Shown here piece by piece: positions 27,588-32,000 of a stretch of DNA of 32,000 bases. The notes under the pieces were generated by a model. The model did not search any database. It saw only the letters and a program-made list of their open reading frames with translations, and was not told the origin of the DNA. The first letter of the stretch is position 1. Each line of letters begins with the position of its first letter. The DNA is from Methanocaldococcus jannaschii DSM 2661. Lineage in GTDB: Archaea; AGJL01; Methanococci; Methanococcales; Methanocaldococcaceae. Position numbers and translations under genes: made by a program. The stretch is taken from contig NC_000909.1 in NCBI RefSeq assembly GCF_000091665.1, positions 30,001 through 62,000 on the forward strand, written 5' to 3'.

Positions 27588-28763
27588 TTATTCTTCTGAA
27601 TATGCAGTTGTTTGCAATATTGCAGTATCTAAACCAACTTTCTCTGCTTCTTCACTGACTCTTAAGCCAATTGTTAAATCCAACCCTTTATAAATAATTA
27701 ATCCTCCAACGATTGCAATTAAAGCAATAACAATAGCCCCAATTATTTGCCCAGTAATTGAAACTTTAGACACTGCATCAGCTTTTAATAAGAATGGAAT
27801 TCCTGCACAGATAACTCCAATCAAACCACTCATAGCATGAACTGGCCCTATAGCACAGACGTCATCAATCTTTAATTTCTCTTCAATAAACTTGTATGTA
27901 AATGGCTGCTGAATCCCTGCTAATAAACCAACTATAAACGCTCCAATTGGAGTGAATAAATCAACTCCACTACAAACAGCTACTAAACCAGCACACATAC
28001 CGTTTGCTGTGTAAAGAGGGTCGTTTCTTGAGCTTAATGCTCCCCCTATAATTCCTCCAGCTAAAGCCATTGTTGTTGCCATAGCTACGCTTGCCAACTC
28101 TACTCCATTAGCTATGCCAGAAGCACTTCCAATGTTGAATCCGTACCATCCAAATGCCAAAATAAAAGCTCCTAAAACAGCTATTGGAATGTTATGCCCT
28201 GGAATTGCCTGTGGTTTTCCATTTATATATTTATCAATTCTTGGCCCTAAAACATAGGCAGCCATTAAACCAACTAAACCACCAAATAAATGAACTGCCC
28301 CACTTCCAGCATAGTCGTGGAAGTTTATTCCTAAATTAGCAAAACCTCCTCCCCAAACTAAATGTTCAACAATTGGATACAAAATACCTCCAACAATCAA
28401 AGCCCCTATAAAGTAAGGTAAGATTTTAATTCTTTCAGCGACTCCTCCTGTTATAATTGTAACTGCAGCAGCGGCAAACATAACCATCTTCATCCACCAA
28501 GCTCCCAAATCAGCATCAAAAGTTCCTGTTATTAAGGGCATTATATTTTCAAATCCGTAAGAGATACCATAACCAATGAACAAATAAGCGATAAACACTG
28601 CAGCTAAATCCAACAACTTTAAAACACAATGATATGAGACGTTTTTAGCCCTAAACTGCCCTATTTCCAACGCAATAAACCCTGCCTTCATGAAAAATAT
28701 TAACGATGCTGCCCACATAAAAAAGAAAACATCAATACCATCCATATGTTTCACCTCAAACAC
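27588..28763 (-). CDS. amtB: Ammonium transporter
   Basis: FFMWAASLIFFMKAGFIALE... DYAGSGAVHLFGGLVGL... FGWYGFNIGSA... GPVHAMSGLIGVICAG. Confidence 0.95.
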   Translation of the reverse strand: MFEVKHMDGIDVFFFMWAASLIFFMKAGFIALEIGQFRAKNVSYHCVLKLLDLAAVFIAYLFIGYGISYGFENIMPLITGTFDADLGAWWMKMVMFAAAAVTIITGGVAERIKILPYFIGALIVGGILYPIVEHLVWGGGFANLGINFHDYAGSGAVHLFGGLVGLMAAYVLGPRIDKYINGKPQAIPGHNIPIAVLGAFILAFGWYGFNIGSASGIANGVELASVAMATTMALAGGIIGGALSSRNDPLYTANGMCAGLVAVCSGVDLFTPIGAFIVGLLAGIQQPFTYKFIEEKLKIDDVCAIGPVHAMSGLIGVICAGIPFLLKADAVSKVSITGQIIGAIVIALIAIVGGLIIYKGLDLTIGLRVSEEAEKVGLDTAILQTTAYSEE

Positions 28764-28840
28764 TTTTATAGGAATTATCTTACCTACTACCCATCTTCCT
28801 AATTCCCCTAATGGAAAAGCTTAAATATATAACTTACTAA

Positions 28841-28854
28841 GGAAAGAATTTTCC
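28841..28854. promoter_or_regulatory. Candidate NrpR operator between divergent amtB and glnK
   Basis: GGAAAGAATTTTCC matches the GGAA-N6-TTCC consensus known for methanogen NrpR; adjacent to the TATA-like ATATATAA/TTATATAT tract at about 28824-28831. Confidence 0.7.
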
Positions 28855-28954
28855 TTCCTATTATTTAGGAATAAAGAATCTTTTTTCCTTTTAGATAAAA
28901 ATAAAAATGATTACTACCAAATTCAAATTAATCTAAAAACCACCAAATTTGTAA

Positions 28955-29317
<363 letters not shown>

Positions 29318-29466
29318 CTTTAATCTATTTTTATTTTTCAGGATATCTATTATATCCATTAAAATTTTTATCAGATGGGTTTTAAATAAAACATAGAAAA
29401 TTATTTTAAAGTTATTAAATAAAACTTAGTTTATTTATTTTTAATCATGTTATTTTTGGTGATAGT

Positions 29467-30225
29467 GTGATTGGTATAATAGGAGGGACAGGAATAGCTG
29501 AAATATTAAAAGGAGACAAAGAAGAGATTATAAATACAAAATATGGGAAAGCAAGAGTTATAATTGATAAAGAAAACGAAGTAGTTTTGTTATTTAGGCA
29601 TGGAGTAAGACATAACATCCCACCACATAAAATAAACTATAGGGCTAACATCTACGCTTTAAAAAAGTTGGGAGTTGAAAGAATATTGGCTATAAATTCA
29701 GTTGGTTCATTAAAAGAAGATTTAAAGCCTGGAATGTTTTTTGTTCCAAATGATTTTATAGAATTTACAAAGAAGAGAGAAGAGACGTTTTACGATGAAG
29801 GAAAAGTTGTTCATATAGATATGACAGACCCTTACTGTCCAGAGTTGAGAAATATTTTAAAATCAATATTAGATAAAAATAACTTCTCTTATGGAGAAGG
29901 CGTTTATGTTTGCACTGAAGGACCGAGATTTGAAACAAAAAAAGAGATAGCCATATACAAAAACTGGGGGGATGTTGTAGGAATGACTGGATATCCTGAA
30001 GTTGTTTTAGCAAGGGAGTTGGAGATGTGCTATGTCTCTCTATGCAACATAACAAACTATGCCTGTGGAATATCAAAAAATATTTTAACAGTTGATGAAG
30101 TTTTGGAAAAAATAAAAGAGATGGAAAATAAAATTTTGAAAGTTGTTGAGGACTTTATAAATTATGGCTTTGGAGAGAGAAAGTGTATCTGCAAAGATGC
30201 TTTGAAACATGCTGTTATTGGGTAA
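29467..30225 (+). CDS. mtnP: S-methyl-5'-thioinosine phosphorylase / MTA phosphorylase family
   Basis: IGIIGGTGIAEILKG... LFRHGVRHNIPPHKINYRANIYAL... YVCTEGPRFETKKEI... DVVGMTGYPEVVLARELEMCY; GTG start. Confidence 0.93.
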   Translation: MIGIIGGTGIAEILKGDKEEIINTKYGKARVIIDKENEVVLLFRHGVRHNIPPHKINYRANIYALKKLGVERILAINSVGSLKEDLKPGMFFVPNDFIEFTKKREETFYDEGKVVHIDMTDPYCPELRNILKSILDKNNFSYGEGVYVCTEGPRFETKKEIAIYKNWGDVVGMTGYPEVVLARELEMCYVSLCNITNYACGISKNILTVDEVLEKIKEMENKILKVVEDFINYGFGERKCICKDALKHAVIG

Positions 30226-30247
30226 ATTATAAAACTAAAATCCTTTA

Positions 30248-30308
30248 ATTTACACCTCCGAGCGTAAGCGAGGAGGTGTTGGGGTATCCCAATAGGGTTT
30301 CCCTATGG
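30248..30308 (+). repeat. GC-rich palindromic element (type A) at the mtnP 3' end
   Basis: ACACCTCC-gagcgtaagcga-GGAGGTGT (30252-30279) followed by GTATCCCAATAGGG-ttt-CCCTATGG; homologous to 6451-6518 (minus strand). Confidence 0.9.
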
Positions 30309-30335
30309 GCTTTAAAACATGCTATTATTGGATAA
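30309..30335 (+). pseudogene. Stranded second copy of the mtnP tail (ALKHAIIG*)
   Basis: GCTTTAAAACATGCTATTATTGGATAA vs in-gene 30199-30225 GCTTTGAAACATGCTGTTATTGGGTAA: 24/27 nt identical, same frame and stop. Confidence 0.88.
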
Positions 30336-30362
30336 GCTATTATTTTTATTTTAGGTGAGATA

Positions 30363-30605
30363 ATGTTATCTAAAATTTTAGGTATATTTAAAGGCAAAGA
30401 AAAAATTGAAGAGAAATCAAATAAAATAATTGAGATTGATTATAACAAATGTAAAAACTGTTTATCATGTTATAGAGTCTGTAAAAATAACGTTTTTGCT
30501 ATAAAAAACAATAGAGTTGTTGTTAAAAATGAAAATAACTGCACAAAGTGTGGGGAGTGTTTAAAAGTTTGTAGGTATGGAGCAATAATACTTTATGATG
30601 CTTAA
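30363..30605 (+). CDS. 2[4Fe-4S] ferredoxin-type protein
   Basis: CKNCLSCYRVCKNNVFAIK ... CTKCGECLKVCRYGAI. Confidence 0.9.
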   Translation: MLSKILGIFKGKEKIEEKSNKIIEIDYNKCKNCLSCYRVCKNNVFAIKNNRVVVKNENNCTKCGECLKVCRYGAIILYDA

Positions 30606-30617
30606 AAGGGATAACCT

Positions 30618-31241
30618 ATGGGACTAAAAAACAAGATAATAAAAATCTACGAACTTAATGAAGAGGAGAGAAAAAAAGTTTTAGAATTTTTAAAAAAAGA
30701 GATATTAAATGGAAAGATTGTCATCTGTGGGACTGACACTTTATATGGTATTTCAGCAAACGCTTTAAATGAAAAAGCAGTAAGAAAAGTTTATAATATA
30801 AAGAGGAGGGAGTTCAACAAGCCTCTATCAATATGTGTTAGAGATAAGAATGAGATTGAAAAATACGCTTATGTAAATGATTTAGCTAAAAAAATTATTG
30901 ATAAATTTCTTCCAGGACCTTTAACGATAATTTTAAAGAAAAAACCAGGTATTCCAGATATTGTAGCTAAAGATTATATTGGGATAAGAATCCCAGATGA
31001 ACCAATTATTAGAGAGCTTTCTATAGTTCCTTTAACAACCACATCAGCAAATATTTCTGGAAAAGAAAGCCCTACTACTGTGGATGAGATAGATAAAGAA
31101 GTGTTGAAAAAAGTAGATTATGTTATTGATATTGGAAAATGCAAATATTCAAAACCTTCTACAATTATTAAAATAGAGGATGATAAAATAATATCAATTA
31201 GGGAGGGAGTCATCCCTATTCAAAAATTAGCGAGATGTTGA
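30618..31241 (+). CDS. Sua5/YciO/YrdC family L-threonylcarbamoyladenylate synthase
   Basis: GKIVICGTDTLYGISANALNEKAVRKVYNIKRREFNKPLSI... FLPGPLTIILKKK... IGIRIPDE... TTTSANISGKESPTTVDE. Confidence 0.92.
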   Translation: MGLKNKIIKIYELNEEERKKVLEFLKKEILNGKIVICGTDTLYGISANALNEKAVRKVYNIKRREFNKPLSICVRDKNEIEKYAYVNDLAKKIIDKFLPGPLTIILKKKPGIPDIVAKDYIGIRIPDEPIIRELSIVPLTTTSANISGKESPTTVDEIDKEVLKKVDYVIDIGKCKYSKPSTIIKIEDDKIISIREGVIPIQKLARC

Positions 31242-31321
31242 TACCTAAAAATAAGTAATTATAATATGATATAATTATTAAGTAAAGAACTTAATTAAAA
31301 ATTGAATTTCGGGTGTTTCAA

Positions 31322-31858
31322 ATGGAAAATAGAAATGATGAACTTTTTATAAAATTGGATAGTTCTATAAAATCACTACTAAGAAGTGCCAGAGAATTCA
31401 AAAAAGAGAATGAAAGTATCTCCAATGTGCTATTACAATTAGCGGAAATGTTGGATAACATTGATAAAACATTAGAAATTATTGAAAAAAACTTTCAAAT
31501 AATTCTAAAAAATCGTGAAAGTGGTAAATTTTCTAATAATGAGATTATCCAAAAATTTGTTAAACCTTTAGAAAATTTAATCAAAGTTATTGAAAATATT
31601 GAAAGCACATCTAACAATTTAAAAAATGAAATTGAGAATTGTGCGTCATCAATCCCTACATTAAAAGAAATAACAGATAAACTTAAAATTATAAATATGG
31701 AGTCAGCAACTCAGGCCATAGAGGAATTTAAAATAGCATACGACATGTTAGAGGATAACAGAAAAAATTTAGATGAGTTAATTGAAAAAACTAAAATATT
31801 AAAAGATAAATTAAAGAATCTCCTTCTACAAATTGATAATTTTCTAAATGAGCATTGA
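31322..31858 (+). CDS. Hypothetical coiled-coil protein
   Basis: MENRNDELFIKLDSSIKSLLRSAREFKKENESIS... heptad-like, Asn/Lys/Glu-rich. Confidence 0.7.
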   Translation: MENRNDELFIKLDSSIKSLLRSAREFKKENESISNVLLQLAEMLDNIDKTLEIIEKNFQIILKNRESGKFSNNEIIQKFVKPLENLIKVIENIESTSNNLKNEIENCASSIPTLKEITDKLKIINMESATQAIEEFKIAYDMLEDNRKNLDELIEKTKILKDKLKNLLLQIDNFLNEH

Positions 31859-31887
31859 AAATAACTTTTGTGGGGAGGGGCGTTTAG

Positions 31888-32000
31888 GTGATAAAGATGA
31901 ACGATAAACAAGCTGATTGGCTTAATAAATTAATAGAAGAACTCGACAAGAGCTCTTCAAGCGTTTTAGAAACAGAAATTGTATTAGATGAAATTATAAC
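31888..32000 (+). CDS. 5' end of a hypothetical protein running off the window
   Basis: Open frame from GTG 31888 (or ATG 31897): [37 protein letters not shown]..., preceded by GGGGAGGGG. Confidence 0.65.
   Translation, partial: MIKMNDKQADWLNKLIEELDKSSSSVLETEIVLDEII

Overview
This AT-rich window reads as part of a hyperthermophilic methanogen chromosome. Gene content and order match Methanocaldococcus jannaschii around MJ0029-MJ0064; this is recognition from memory, and no search was run. It contains: a partial selenocysteine-type F420-reducing hydrogenase operon (frhA, with an in-frame UGA and a 3'-UTR SECIS, then frhD, frhG, frhB); a fumarate reductase/thiol:fumarate reductase A-type flavoprotein; a two-gene Suf-like system; ribosomal proteins S15, L21e and L31e; Rpo4/RpoF; Pus10; an intein-containing EndoQ-like PHP protein; isopentenyl phosphate kinase; two methyltransferases; a beta-CASP nuclease; aIF6; MfnA; Pth2; a split tRNA 2-selenouridine synthase; RibB; RibK; a Na+/H+ antiporter; a divergent amt/glnK pair; MtnP; a ferredoxin; and a Sua5/YrdC protein. 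It also holds a short leader-proximal CRISPR array and a clear double-guide C/D box sRNA. The most unusual pattern is a set of GC-rich, multi-hairpin palindromic elements at gene 3' ends. In frhB, sufC and mtnP (clearly), and in tfrA (weaker), the last codons of the gene occur twice, once before and once after the element. The offset is a nearly constant 110-116 bp. Differences between copies are almost entirely synonymous or conservative, as if the element replaced the native tail with a divergent functional tail and left the old tail stranded downstream. Palindromic repeats in M. jannaschii have been described, but I do not recall the 'recoded gene-tail' signature being described.
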